Notes: generated by a model not told the origin, from the sequence alone. A stretch of DNA of 64,000 nucleotides from an uncultured bacterium (GCA_965368975.1 CBDUPA010000005.1:192001-256000), one strand, 5' to 3'; numbered from the stretch's first letter, positions 33,792-43,899 are shown. Numbers and translations: made by a program.

Positions 33792-35129
33792 GCGATAGGC
33801 TGGATCTCCGAGGAGGATATAGTTCCTGGCATCTTCTAGCGCTAGCCACAGAGTGTCTTCATCTCTAGGCACTAACTGCGGCCCATTCTTTATTTTGCCG
33901 CCGTGTACTTCATTTATAAAAATACAGGCAAGTGCATTGTACCGAGCCTGGAAGTGCCTCATGGCATGGCCTGCCGGAGTGCCTGCTAGTAATTCATTAA
34001 TAACATTCGCGTAGGTTGCAATTTCGCTCGACGGATGCAGAAAGCTTATCGAAGTGTCCCATAACTGGCCAAGGTGCCCAATCACTGCAAGAGCTCCCCT
34101 GGACAGCGCGGTCTTCGCAAGAGCGGACAAGAAGCCTGATTGCGCGTTTTGTTGAGCTCTCTGGAGATTGCGATAATTGCTATGTTTCGGAGTGCCTGCA
34201 CCGCACGTTGTTAGAAGGAAGAGGATTAGTCCGTGCGCCAGTTCGGTAGGTAGATCATCTGATTGCAAGCAATGATCCAGATCTAGTGGCCAAGACATCC
34301 CGGGCCAGTCTTGGCATACAAAATCTCCTTGATGGGAGAACTGCTCGGGACGATCGATTGGAAAAGTAACACCATGGCCTGCAAGCAGGGCGATGTCGAG
34401 ACGTTCTCTCAGGGCAGCGATTAGGTTTTTCTTCGTGGCTGCATGACCGAAAAGCTTGACTATATTGCAGTCAACATCTACTCGACTTAGCTGATCTAGA
34501 ATGGGTGGAAAGAAATCATTATGGAGAACTTGGAGTGCTGGAGCTCCGTTGTGTTCGGCTGCGCAGAATAGTGTTTGGGCCCGGGTTCGTTCTTGCTGAT
34601 CTGAGACTGCCTTGAGAGCGTACTGGCGATAAGACTCAGCGTGATCGAAGTGAAGTCGACCTACAGCATAGGTAGCGGATAATTCTTGTTGTACGCTGAA
34701 TGATATCTCCTCTGGAGATCCTACAATCAAGATATAGTATGGCAACTTGAGAGGGTCTAGTGATCCTGCTCCGCACCCTAATCGATGAAGGAACTGGAAA
34801 GTTGAAGACTCTTGGAGTCCATCCTGAAAGGCGAGCTCTTTGTATAGATTGCCTGCTTCATCTTCTCTGCGATGCCTGAGAGGAGCCAGGGCTCTATATA
34901 TATCACTATCGGTTTCCTTTGGGAAGACTATGCACCAGCCGCTATCCTTGACCGTTGAGAGGTCTATGGGTTTAAGATGAGCTGTGGTTAGCCGGGGTGA
35001 ACTGGCAGCTTCTCGGGGTGATCGAAGGAGTCCTGTGTTCTCAGAAGCCCCTGGTTGGAGCGTGGCTCCAGAAGAGAAGTCAATCCCTATGGTTAGGGGC
35101 TCAGCCATCGTTTTGTGAAAAATTGTCAT
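33720..35129 (-). CDS. Peptidase C25-like protein, paralog of the neighbouring TIR fusion
   Basis: GWCIVFP, PYYILIVGSPEEI, YAVGRLHFD, GHG, CQDW, CGAGTP, LAVIGH, DARNYILLGDPA. Confidence 0.78.
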   Translation of the reverse strand: MTIFHKTMAEPLTIGIDFSSGATLQPGASENTGLLRSPREAASSPRLTTAHLKPIDLSTVKDSGWCIVFPKETDSDIYRALAPLRHRREDEAGNLYKELAFQDGLQESSTFQFLHRLGCGAGSLDPLKLPYYILIVGSPEEISFSVQQELSATYAVGRLHFDHAESYRQYALKAVSDQQERTRAQTLFCAAEHNGAPALQVLHNDFFPPILDQLSRVDVDCNIVKLFGHAATKKNLIAALRERLDIALLAGHGVTFPIDRPEQFSHQGDFVCQDWPGMSWPLDLDHCLQSDDLPTELAHGLILFLLTTCGAGTPKHSNYRNLQRAQQNAQSGFLSALAKTALSRGALAVIGHLGQLWDTSISFLHPSSEIATYANVINELLAGTPAGHAMRHFQARYNALACIFINEVHGGKIKNGPQLVPRDEDTLWLALEDARNYILLGDPAYRLPHQSCRWITQENESTCISVNVP

Positions 35130-35741
35130 CGTCTCGGGTTCTCGGCGAGGTGCTGTTTCTTCTTACAAACTTCCTGAGTGTTAGCAGGTCGAATCATGTG
35201 GGATCTTACATCATGCTGACCTCACAAGTGAGGAAAGTTGGCCGAGCCCATGAACCTGGGTGGAACCTGAATTGTGAAGAGGTTGAACTGTATGCATCCT
35301 GCTCCGCGGTTCCAAGCTCGCGTCTGGAGTTGGCGGCGTCACGAGTTGGAGATTCTGCGTCGCGTTTAAGGGTGTCCGATTTGTTAGTGCCGTAGAGGAG
35401 TTCTTGCTAGCATTATTCATGTTTGTCTGCAATTAGTTTCTTGAGATTGGATGTGGCTAAAGGGGATGCTCTGTCAAGAGTGTGATTAGGGCGATGTCCG
35501 TGTCTGCCGGCCGGAGAATATGACATGGTTCGACGGGGTGTGGCTATGGGGGCACGGAGAAGGTTAGCGGGAAACGCCGCTCGACCATCAGGAAGCCAAA
35601 CTTTCGGCGAGACCTGCCGCGGTGGAGCGGCTCTTGGAATCCATTCAAGACTCCAGCTTGCTGCAAAGATCCTCTCGCTGCGTCCTGAAAGCAGCCTACC
35701 CGGGGCTCGACGAGATGAGGTTACCGGGCTGACTTCCCGCC

Positions 35742-36527
35742 CTACGACGACGCCGACGCGTAAGCTCGCAATCCCCGGCGCCAGAACCAGAGCGTGAAGA
35801 GCGAGAAGGCCACGACGATGGCGAGGGCGTGCAGCAGCGTCCCGAGGGTCAGGCCGTCGAACAGGACGTGTGCCGGGATCGAGCCGAAGAAGGCCAGGGG
35901 TAGCACGGTGATCATGGCGATGCGTAGCCAGCTGCTGTAGATCTGGTGCGGCCGCTCGGCGAGGTCGCTGAGGCGCCAGGAGACTTCGTCCAGGCCGCGG
36001 CTGCTGTGCAGCCAGAAGACCGGGATGATGAAGATCATGCGGATCAGGTACTCGACGATGACACCGATCCCCAGGAAGCCGAAGTAGGTCATGATCGAGA
36101 CGGTGCCGAGCGGGTCCGGGTAGCGGCTCAGGGCCCAGGTCACCAGGCTTCCAGCCATCAGCATGTTGACGAACGAGTTGGCGGCGAAGTCGCGCAGGCT
36201 GAGCATGAACAGGGAACTCACCGGCCGCACCAGGTAGTAGTCCAGATCGCCGCGGTTGATGAAGATGGGCAGCCACCAGAGGTTGTTCGAGAACACCGCC
36301 ATGATTACGGCGTCGACCAGCAGCAGGCCGCAGATGAAGATGTAGACCTGGTCCAGCGTCCAGCCACCGAGGGCCGAGGTGTGCTGGTAGAGGATGGTGA
36401 AGAAGGCGAGGCTGATGCCGTAGTAGGCGAGATCCATGAAGATGCGGAAGAAGAAATCCATGCGGAATTCCAGGGCTCGGCTGAAGGAGAAGCGCAGGAA
36501 GCCGAGGTAGAGGTAGAAGTAACGCAT
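35742..36527 (-). CDS. ABC-2 type transporter permease (DUF990 family)
   Basis: GGWT..Q, INRGDLDYYLVRPV, LPLAF...PA motifs. Confidence 0.9.
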   Translation of the reverse strand: MRYFYLYLGFLRFSFSRALEFRMDFFFRIFMDLAYYGISLAFFTILYQHTSALGGWTLDQVYIFICGLLLVDAVIMAVFSNNLWWLPIFINRGDLDYYLVRPVSSLFMLSLRDFAANSFVNMLMAGSLVTWALSRYPDPLGTVSIMTYFGFLGIGVIVEYLIRMIFIIPVFWLHSSRGLDEVSWRLSDLAERPHQIYSSWLRIAMITVLPLAFFGSIPAHVLFDGLTLGTLLHALAIVVAFSLFTLWFWRRGLRAYASASS

Positions 36528-36531
36528 GGCT

Positions 36532-37374
36532 TCAGATCCCGACACCACTGTAGACGCGGTAGCCACGTTGCCAGACGCTGTGGCCGATCCACATCAGGAG
36601 CAGGCACCAGGCACTGCCGACGCCGAGAGCCTGCAGCCAGGCGGTGCCGTCGACCTCGCCCATCAGGGTGCGGACGGGGAAGGAGTAGAGGTAGGGGAAG
36701 GGTGTCCACTGCAGCACGTTCTGGGCCCAGGCGGGGAAGACGGCCAGGGGCAGGATCCGGCCGCCGAGCAGGTCAGAGCAGATATGCAGCATGAGGTTGA
36801 GGCTCCACACATTGTCGGCCCAGAAGGCGATGCCTTCGAGGGGCACGGCGAGCAGGAACCACAGCAGGTTGGCGAGGGCGACGGCGATGATTGTGCGCAC
36901 GAGGCCACCGGCGGTGATCTCCAGACTCTGCGAGAGTGTGCCGTCCGGCAGGGTGCCCTCCGCCAGCGTGAACAGGAGCAGGCTGATGGCGGTGAACAGG
37001 AGTAGCTGAATCGCCGCCGGTGCCAGGCGTGCCAGGTGCTGGGCGTACTTGAAGCCCCAATAGGACGCGGGGTAGACCAAGTAGCGGGTCAGGGAGCCTT
37101 CGTAGATGTCCTGGGACAGCCAGCTCTCGGTGCGCCCGCCGGCGACCATCTTGGCCAGGAGGATGACCAGCACGTAATAGAGCACCATACCTTCGAAGGT
37201 GAAGCCTTGGATTTGCTCGGCGCCGCTGGCGGCGAAGACAGCCTTCCAGACGAACCAGGCGAGCGTCAGCTCGACGACGAAGGTGACCAAGGCGTTGATC
37301 CAGAAGTCGACGCGGTAGCTCATCTGCGTGCGCGCTTCCAGGCTGAGCACTCGGCGGAAGAGCAACGGCGTCAA
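36532..37374 (-). CDS. ABC-2 type transporter permease (DUF990 family)
   Basis: YRVDF, DIYEGSL..YL..P, LGG.ILPL..FP.W, YSGVG motifs. Confidence 0.9.
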   Translation of the reverse strand: MTPLLFRRVLSLEARTQMSYRVDFWINALVTFVVELTLAWFVWKAVFAASGAEQIQGFTFEGMVLYYVLVILLAKMVAGGRTESWLSQDIYEGSLTRYLVYPASYWGFKYAQHLARLAPAAIQLLLFTAISLLLFTLAEGTLPDGTLSQSLEITAGGLVRTIIAVALANLLWFLLAVPLEGIAFWADNVWSLNLMLHICSDLLGGRILPLAVFPAWAQNVLQWTPFPYLYSFPVRTLMGEVDGTAWLQALGVGSAWCLLLMWIGHSVWQRGYRVYSGVGI

Positions 37375-38414
37375 GCTTCGCCCTCCTCTGGCTGCTGCTG
37401 GCGCGCGCGCAGCAGGCCCTCAATGATCGTGCCGACATCCTCTTCCTCGATCGCCAGGTCGACCACGGGGAAGCGCTGTAACAGCTCGGCAGCGGCGCGG
37501 GTGACGTCGGCGCGCGGGACTTCCAAGCGAACCTCAATGTCGGTACAGCTGAGCACGCGGCCCAGATCCTGGAGCTCGTCGTCGCGGGGGATCCGGCACG
37601 GAGTCTCGAGGCTGTCTCGCAGTGCTTCCGGCAGGACTCCTGGATCTAGGCGGGCGGTAATGATCTTGTGGCGCGCGAAGCGTTCGATCACCTGTTGTAG
37701 CGGGCCATCGTAGACCAGCTCGCCTTCGCGCAGGATCAGAATTCGTTCGCACAGGCGCTCGATGTCTTCCATGTAGTGGCTGGTCACCAGCATCGCTGGC
37801 TGATGCTCCTGCCGGTATTCGAGCAGGAACTCGCGCACCGCACGTTGTGCCGACAAGTCGAGACCGATGGTGGGTTCGTCCAGGTAGACGACGCGCGGCT
37901 GGTGCAACAGGGCGGCGATCAGCTCCATCTTCATGCGTTCGCCGAGCGATAGGCGGCGCAGTTGGATGTGTAGCTCGTTCTGGACCTCGAGCATCTCGGC
38001 CAGGGTGTGCAAGGTGTCGCGGAAGCGGGCGTCGGGGATGCGGTAGATCTCCTTCAGCAATAGGAAGGAGTCGGCGGCCGGCAGGTCCCACCACAGCTGC
38101 GCTTTCTGGCCCATGATCAGTGCGATCTGCCGGCGCATACGATCGTCGCGCTTCCACGGCACGTGACCCAGGACGCGTGCGTCGCCGCCGCTCGGGTGGA
38201 TGATGCCGGCCAGCATCTTGACCACCGTCGTCTTGCCGGCGCCATTGGCACCCAGCAGGCCGACGATCTCGCCTTCATCGACGCGGAAGCTCACGCCACG
38301 CACCGCTTCCTTGGCCACTTTCTCGCGCAGTAGCAGTGACTTGACGGAACCCCACAGGCCGGGCTGCTTGCGATGGACGTAAAAGGTCTTGCGCAGATCG
38401 GTGGCTTCGATCAC
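37371..38414 (-). CDS. ABC transporter ATP-binding protein
   Basis: GANGAGKT, LSLGERMK, LDEPTIGLD, TSHYMED motifs. Confidence 0.95.
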   Translation of the reverse strand: MIEATDLRKTFYVHRKQPGLWGSVKSLLLREKVAKEAVRGVSFRVDEGEIVGLLGANGAGKTTVVKMLAGIIHPSGGDARVLGHVPWKRDDRMRRQIALIMGQKAQLWWDLPAADSFLLLKEIYRIPDARFRDTLHTLAEMLEVQNELHIQLRRLSLGERMKMELIAALLHQPRVVYLDEPTIGLDLSAQRAVREFLLEYRQEHQPAMLVTSHYMEDIERLCERILILREGELVYDGPLQQVIERFARHKIITARLDPGVLPEALRDSLETPCRIPRDDELQDLGRVLSCTDIEVRLEVPRADVTRAAAELLQRFPVVDLAIEEEDVGTIIEGLLRARQQQPEEGEA

Positions 38415-40693
38415 GGGGCTGGTGTCCTCGGGGCTGGTGTCCTCGGGGCTGGTGTTCTAGGGGCTGGCTCGTCCACCGCGCGCAACGCTCCGCCCTCGGT
38501 CAGCTCATAGCTCGTACCGACGGCCACGTCGGTGAAGGTCTGGACGCCGCCGCCGGGCCAGCGCACTTCCAGGCTGTCGATCTTCTGCGCCTGGCCGACG
38601 CCGATCTCCTGGCGCAGGGGGGAGCCACCGAAGGAGCCGCCGGTGCCGACCAGCCGGTGCACGCTGCGCTGGCGTGCGCCGTCGCGGAAGGTGAGCGTGA
38701 GGCGAGCGCCGATGGCGGCCCGATTGCTGCGTTGGCCGTGCAGGCGCAGCTTGAGCCAATGATTCTTGAAGCCAGGGTTGCGGTAGAGCACGCTGGGGTA
38801 GTTGTCGCCCGGATAAGCGCCGCCCATCTGCTCGAAGACATCCTGGTCGCCATCTTCGTCGACGTCCGCGAAGGCGACGCCGTGGCCTTTCTGCAGGTGG
38901 CCGAAGCGGCCGGCGAAGGAGACGTCGACGAAGCGCTGACCGCCATCGTTGCGGTACATCAGGTTGGGCATCAAGGCCTCGAAGGGCGGCACGCCGGTGC
39001 CTAGGTAGACGTCGAGGAAGCCGTCGTTGTCGAGGTCACCGAAGTTGCTGCCCATCGGCAGAGCGGGTGCACCCAGGCCGAGTTGACGACTGATCTCGGT
39101 GAAGCGATGGCCGCCGGGGGCTTGTGGGTCGGCGCCGTCATTGCGATAGAGGCGCGGGTGAAAGCTGGTCACGGGGGCCTCGGTGGCGCTGGCGGCGAAG
39201 TAGAACCTCGCGATGTCGATCGTGCCGGCGTTGTAGTCGTTGACCCACAGGTCGAGGTCGCCGTCGTTGTCGTAGTCGAAGAACCAGGTGGCGAAGCTGC
39301 GGTCGCGCGGGGCATCGACACCGAGCTGGGGCGCGACATCGGTGAAGGTGCCGTTGCCGTTGTTGCGCCACAAGCGGTTGGGGCCCAGGTTGGAGGTGTA
39401 GAGGTCGGGGTCGCCATCGTCGTCGTAGTCGCCCCAGGCGACGCCCTTGGTCCAGTGCACCCCGTCGGCAACGCCAGCCTGGCGCGTGACGTCGGTAAAG
39501 CGCAGGCGGCCGGTCGCCGCGTCGAGATCGTTGCGGAAGAGCTGTGACGGATAGGCGCCGCCGTAGGGACCTTCATTGCCGATATAGAGGTCGAGGTCAC
39601 CGTCCAAGTCGTAATCGGCCCAGGCGGCGGTCTGCGTTGGGTAGGCGGGCGTGGCCAGGCCGGCTTCGGCGGTGACGTCGACGAAGTTGCCCGAGCCGCC
39701 ATTGAGCAGGAGCGAGTTGCGCATTTGGCCGTCGGCACCGAACCAGCCGCCGCGCAGCACCAGGATGTCGAGATCGCCATCGTTGTCGACATCGGCGTGC
39801 ACCATGTTGAGACCGCCCAGCTGGCCGTGCAGGCCGGCGGCTTCGGCACCTTCGGCGAAGTGGCCGCGGCCGTCGTTGACAAAGAAGCGCAGGTGGGAGC
39901 ACGGGTCGATCGCCGAGGTGACGACATCGAGATGACCGTCGCCGGTGAAGTCGTCGATCAGAGCACCGCCCGAGGTGTCGTTGATGTGCAGGCCGGCGTG
40001 ATGCGCCGTCTCGGCAAAGGCGGGGAAGCTTTCGCTCGACTGCAGGCGCCGCGGCGGAATGCGCAGCGCTGGCGGCAGCTCTGCTTGCGTGCCCAGCGTC
40101 ATGGCGGCGACGTTGAGCAGCCAGCGAGCCACGATGTGGCCCGGGATACCGGATAGTACTCCCGTGAAGGCGCGAACCGCCGCTTCCGAGCCGCGCCGGT
40201 CGACGTGCCGGCCGCCTTCGGAGATCGGGAAGATGCACATTTCCGGCGTGTGATGGCCGATGCAATTGCTCACTTCGCCCAAGCGCAGAGACGCCAGCCC
40301 GAGGTCCATCAGAATCTGCATCTGCAGCCGCACATCGAGGCGTGCCTGCGATGCCAGCTGCAGCGCCAGCTGCAGATTCTCCTGGGCCTCGGCGTTCTGG
40401 CCCAACCGCAGCTGTTCCAGGCCGAGTTTCTGCAGCCCGCGCGCCTGGGCGTCGGCGCCCTGGTCCGCGCGCTGCAGCCGCTGGCCCAGCTCGACGACGT
40501 GGCGGACTCCGTAGTATTCATTGTCGCTCTGGCGCAGCTGGTGGCACATCTCTAGAAACTCGCGCCGCGTCTGCTCGGGAGTTGTGGCGGCGGAAGCTGG
40601 TGCTGCTGTCAGCCATCCCCAGGGCAGCGCCAAGGTGCAGAGCACCGGGAGAAAGAGTCGCGGAGACGGTAAAGACATCGACGGCATTCTCAT
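38411..40693 (-). CDS. Secreted CRTAC1-family FG-GAP repeat / ASPIC-UnbV protein with TPR-like N-terminus
   Basis: Signal peptide; repeated D.D.DGD.D motifs; NHWL.LRL.G..SNR.AIGAR, G.G....ID.LEVRWP. Start codon uncertain. Confidence 0.9.
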   Translation of the reverse strand: MRMPSMSLPSPRLFLPVLCTLALPWGWLTAAPASAATTPEQTRREFLEMCHQLRQSDNEYYGVRHVVELGQRLQRADQGADAQARGLQKLGLEQLRLGQNAEAQENLQLALQLASQARLDVRLQMQILMDLGLASLRLGEVSNCIGHHTPEMCIFPISEGGRHVDRRGSEAAVRAFTGVLSGIPGHIVARWLLNVAAMTLGTQAELPPALRIPPRRLQSSESFPAFAETAHHAGLHINDTSGGALIDDFTGDGHLDVVTSAIDPCSHLRFFVNDGRGHFAEGAEAAGLHGQLGGLNMVHADVDNDGDLDILVLRGGWFGADGQMRNSLLLNGGSGNFVDVTAEAGLATPAYPTQTAAWADYDLDGDLDLYIGNEGPYGGAYPSQLFRNDLDAATGRLRFTDVTRQAGVADGVHWTKGVAWGDYDDDGDPDLYTSNLGPNRLWRNNGNGTFTDVAPQLGVDAPRDRSFATWFFDYDNDGDLDLWVNDYNAGTIDIARFYFAASATEAPVTSFHPRLYRNDGADPQAPGGHRFTEISRQLGLGAPALPMGSNFGDLDNDGFLDVYLGTGVPPFEALMPNLMYRNDGGQRFVDVSFAGRFGHLQKGHGVAFADVDEDGDQDVFEQMGGAYPGDNYPSVLYRNPGFKNHWLKLRLHGQRSNRAAIGARLTLTFRDGARQRSVHRLVGTGGSFGGSPLRQEIGVGQAQKIDSLEVRWPGGGVQTFTDVAVGTSYELTEGGALRAVDEPAPRTPAPRTPAPRTPAP
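38415..38467. repeat. 15-bp tandem repeat encoding (PAPRT)3 C-terminal tail
   Basis: ggggctggtgtcctc x2, ggggctggtgttcta, ggggctgg. Confidence 0.85.
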
Positions 40694-40891
40694 GCTGTGA
40701 GCATAACGTGCCGAACGCGCGAGCGGATGCGGTCGACGCAGGGACGTGGTTGGCGTTCCTGGGCACTTCGTGTATCCTGCCAACTCTGGCGGTGCAAGCT
40801 ACTTGCGAGGCAGGGCGACGGACGCTCCTGGCCGAACGCCAGCTCCATTGAGTTCCACTTTCGATTCGACCGGCGGAAGAAAACCGAGATC

Positions 40892-43414
40892 ATGAAGGCG
40901 CTATTGCTAGCTTGCAGCGCCGAGCAGGAGCGCACATTGCGGCCGGTGCTCGCGGCGCGTGGTTTGGAAGTCACGGCGGCAGCGGATCTGCAGGCGGCGC
41001 AAGCTGAATTGCAGCAGGCGTTATGCCGGCTGGTGCTGTGCGGTGAGGTCGATGAAGAGCAGCTCTTGCAGCTGCGCGCGCAGGCGCCGAGCGGCGAACG
41101 CCAGGTGCTGCTGGTCGACGACCCGCCGGGCAACGGTCAGGCGCGCGACACGGCGGAGTTGGAGCGTTTGCTGCGCGCCGGCGCCGACGACTTTCTGCTG
41201 CTACCGATGGAAGGCGAGGGCCTGACCCTGCGGCTGGCCGCGGCGCAGCGACGGCTGCAGACTCGTGGTCCAGCCAGTGCGCCACCCGAGCAGGTCGGCG
41301 GTGAGCTGCGGCGCTTGCTGACCGCACCGTACGAGGACTTCGGCGAGGGCGACCTGCCGTCCTGGGCTCTGCCGCTGCGCATGCTGATGCAGCAGCTCAA
41401 GGCGGTGCTGTGGACCACCGACCGCCGTCTACGCATCACCTCCGTCCATGGTTCGGGCATCGAAGCTCTGAGCATTCAGCCGCAGCGCGTGCTCAACAAG
41501 GGGGTGGTCGAAGCCTTCGGCCGCGATGCCACGAGCACGCTGCCTCTGCGTTTGCTACGCAAGGCGATGCGGGGCCAGTCGGTGACCTTCGAGGTCACCT
41601 GGGGTGAGTTCACCCTGGAGAACTACGTCGAGCCGCTGCGCGACAACGAGGGCCGTGTCGTCGGCTGCATCGGCGTCGCGGTCGACATCTCGCAGCGACG
41701 CCAGGCCGAGGAGGCACTGAGCCTGCAGGAAGCCTACTTCCAGCAGCTGTTCGAGAACTCGCCCCAGGGCATCGTCATCCTCGACGCCAAGGACCGCGTG
41801 GTCAACGTCAACAGCGGTTTCGAAGAGCTATTCGGGTACAGCAACGACGAGGTGCGCAGCCGCTCGCTCAACGCCGTCATTGTGCCGCGTGGCATGTACG
41901 ACGAAGCTTCCGCGCTGTCGGCGTCGGTGCTCGACCGCAAGATCATCCAGCAGGAGATCGTGCGCCGGCACAAGGACGGCCGCTTGATCGACGTCTCGGT
42001 GATTGGCTTCCCGATCAAGATTCACAAGCGCGTGGTCGGTGTCTTCGGTATCTACAACGACATCACCGAGCGCAAGCGGGCCGAGGAGCGACTGCGCCAC
42101 GATGCCATGCACGACTCGCTCACCGGCTTGCCCAACCGCAACCTGGTGCTCGACCGCTTGAAGCAGAGCCTGGCGCGCAATCGGCGCAATCCCGACTATC
42201 GCTTCGGCGTCTTGTTCATCGATCTCGATCGCTTCAAGATCGTCAACGATAGTCTGGGTCATGGTCTTGGCGACGAGTTGTTGATCCGCATCGCCAACCG
42301 CATTCGCAACGCGCTGCGTCCCGGCGACACGGTCGCGCGCGTCGGCGGCGACGAGTTCATCCTGCTGCTCGAGGACATTGCCGGTGTGCGCGAAGCGATC
42401 CGCGTTGCCGAGCGGGTGCAGCGCGAGCTGGCGGCGCCGTTCAACCTGGCCGGTCACGAGCTGTTCACCGGTGCCAGCATCGGGATCGTGCTCAGTGCGT
42501 CGAGCTATCAGCGGCCCGAGGACCTGATCCGCGACGCCGATATTGCGCTCTACAAGGCCAAGGCACGCGGTCGCGCCTGCCATGCTGTGTTCGACGCCCA
42601 GATGCACACCGTCGCTATGGACCGTCTGCGTCTCGAGACTGACCTGCGTCGGGCGCTCGAACGCCAGGAGTTCCGCCTGCGCTATCAGCCGATCGTGCAC
42701 CTGACCGACAAGCAGGGTAGCGCTGGCGGCATCGTGGCCTTCGAGGCGCTGCTGCGCTGGCAGCACCCGCAACGTGGCTTGCTGCTGCCCGGGCATTTCC
42801 TGGAGGCGGCCGAGGAAACCGGCTTGATCGTGCCCATCGGTCGCTTCGTGCTGGCTGAGGCTTGCCGTCAGTTGCAGCGCTTGCACCAGCAGCTGGGTGC
42901 CAACGACTTGGCGATCAGCGTCAACCTGTCGACCAAGCAGTTCTTGCAGGCCGATCTGCTCGACCTGATCGACAGCGCGCTCGAATCCGGTGAGCTCGAT
43001 CCGCGGCGCCTGCATTTGGAGATCACCGAGAGCGTCATCATGCACGACTCGGAGAACGCGGTTTCCACGCTCACCAAGCTTAAACAGCGTGGTATTGGGC
43101 TGTTTCTCGACGACTTCGGGACCGGCTACTCGTCGCTGAGCTATCTGCAGAATTTCCCGATCGACACGCTCAAGGTCGACCGTTCCTTCGTCTCGCGCCT
43201 GCATGACCGCGACGGCAAGCCCGAGATCGTCGGCGCTATCGTCAACCTGGCCCACAACCTCAAACTGGACGTGGTCGCCGAGGGCATCGAGACCTCCGAG
43301 CAGCTCTCGACGCTGCGCAACATGGGCTGCCAGTTTGGCCAGGGCCTGCTGATTTCCGAGCCGCTGGATGCCGCCGCCGCCGCCGCGCTGGTCCAGCGCA
43401 AGCCCACCTGGTAG
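40892..43414 (+). CDS. Diguanylate cyclase/phosphodiesterase (degenerate REC-PAS-PAS-GGDEF-EAL)
   Basis: AGADDFL, two PAS domains, HDSLTGLPNR, GGDEF, FEALLRW, DDFGTGYSSL. Confidence 0.95.
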   Translation: MKALLLACSAEQERTLRPVLAARGLEVTAAADLQAAQAELQQALCRLVLCGEVDEEQLLQLRAQAPSGERQVLLVDDPPGNGQARDTAELERLLRAGADDFLLLPMEGEGLTLRLAAAQRRLQTRGPASAPPEQVGGELRRLLTAPYEDFGEGDLPSWALPLRMLMQQLKAVLWTTDRRLRITSVHGSGIEALSIQPQRVLNKGVVEAFGRDATSTLPLRLLRKAMRGQSVTFEVTWGEFTLENYVEPLRDNEGRVVGCIGVAVDISQRRQAEEALSLQEAYFQQLFENSPQGIVILDAKDRVVNVNSGFEELFGYSNDEVRSRSLNAVIVPRGMYDEASALSASVLDRKIIQQEIVRRHKDGRLIDVSVIGFPIKIHKRVVGVFGIYNDITERKRAEERLRHDAMHDSLTGLPNRNLVLDRLKQSLARNRRNPDYRFGVLFIDLDRFKIVNDSLGHGLGDELLIRIANRIRNALRPGDTVARVGGDEFILLLEDIAGVREAIRVAERVQRELAAPFNLAGHELFTGASIGIVLSASSYQRPEDLIRDADIALYKAKARGRACHAVFDAQMHTVAMDRLRLETDLRRALERQEFRLRYQPIVHLTDKQGSAGGIVAFEALLRWQHPQRGLLLPGHFLEAAEETGLIVPIGRFVLAEACRQLQRLHQQLGANDLAISVNLSTKQFLQADLLDLIDSALESGELDPRRLHLEITESVIMHDSENAVSTLTKLKQRGIGLFLDDFGTGYSSLSYLQNFPIDTLKVDRSFVSRLHDRDGKPEIVGAIVNLAHNLKLDVVAEGIETSEQLSTLRNMGCQFGQGLLISEPLDAAAAAALVQRKPTW

Positions 43415-43431
43415 ACGCGGAGCCGCCTGCG

Positions 43432-43899
43432 ATGCCGCCGACGGAACCCACCGCCAGCGCTGCTTGCCACGCAAAGACCGTGTCCGAGGACGCGCGGCCG
43501 GGTGATGAGGCTGTTCGCATTGACGCTGCGATGCACGAACTGCGTGCCGGCGTGCGGCGCCAGCGGGCCGCGACCGCCGCGCTCGAAGCTGCCCGTCAGC
43601 AACTGCCACCGGGGGGTGGCGGTCTGAGCGTGATCGCCGAGCTGCGCGAGCCAGTGTGCACGTCCGGCATTCCGGTGTTCGGTCGTTTGCTGGTGCTGGC
43701 ACGCCGCGTCGTGCTCAAACTGTTCTTGGGCTGGTACCTGCGGCCGGTCCTGCAGCAACAAAGCCGCTTCAACCTGGCGCTGGCCCAGCATCTGGGTGCC
43801 CTGGTCGACGCCCAGCGAGCACTGCGCCGTGACCTGGAGGCGCTAGAAGAGGAGCTGCGGGACAGCGAGCCCGCGGCCGGAGTGGGTGAGTCGGAATGA
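43432..43899 (+). CDS. Hypothetical coiled-coil protein typical of glycosyltransferase loci
   Basis: LARRVVLKL..WYLRPVLQQQSRFN motif; ATGA-coupled to the next gene. Confidence 0.65.
   Translation: MPPTEPTASAACHAKTVSEDARPGDEAVRIDAAMHELRAGVRRQRAATAALEAARQQLPPGGGGLSVIAELREPVCTSGIPVFGRLLVLARRVVLKLFLGWYLRPVLQQQSRFNLALAQHLGALVDAQRALRRDLEALEEELRDSEPAAGVGESE

Larger units (their letters stand above)
32105..35520. other. Low-GC island (likely horizontally acquired); boundaries approximate
   Basis: Abrupt change to AT-richer codon usage (many TTA/ATA/AGA/CTAG) relative to the GC-rich flanks; no integrase or transposase seen. Confidence 0.8.

Noticed and set aside
32105-35520. Island as an IS, prophage or integron cassette
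   Set aside because: No transposase or integrase, and no terminal or target-site repeats that I could identify
35130-35741. Small ORFs in the right part of the low-GC island
   Set aside because: No RBS, motif or codon-bias support; probably promoter or remnant DNA
38415-38467. Short tandem repeats as a CRISPR array
   Set aside because: No spacers, 15-bp in-frame coding units and no cas genes
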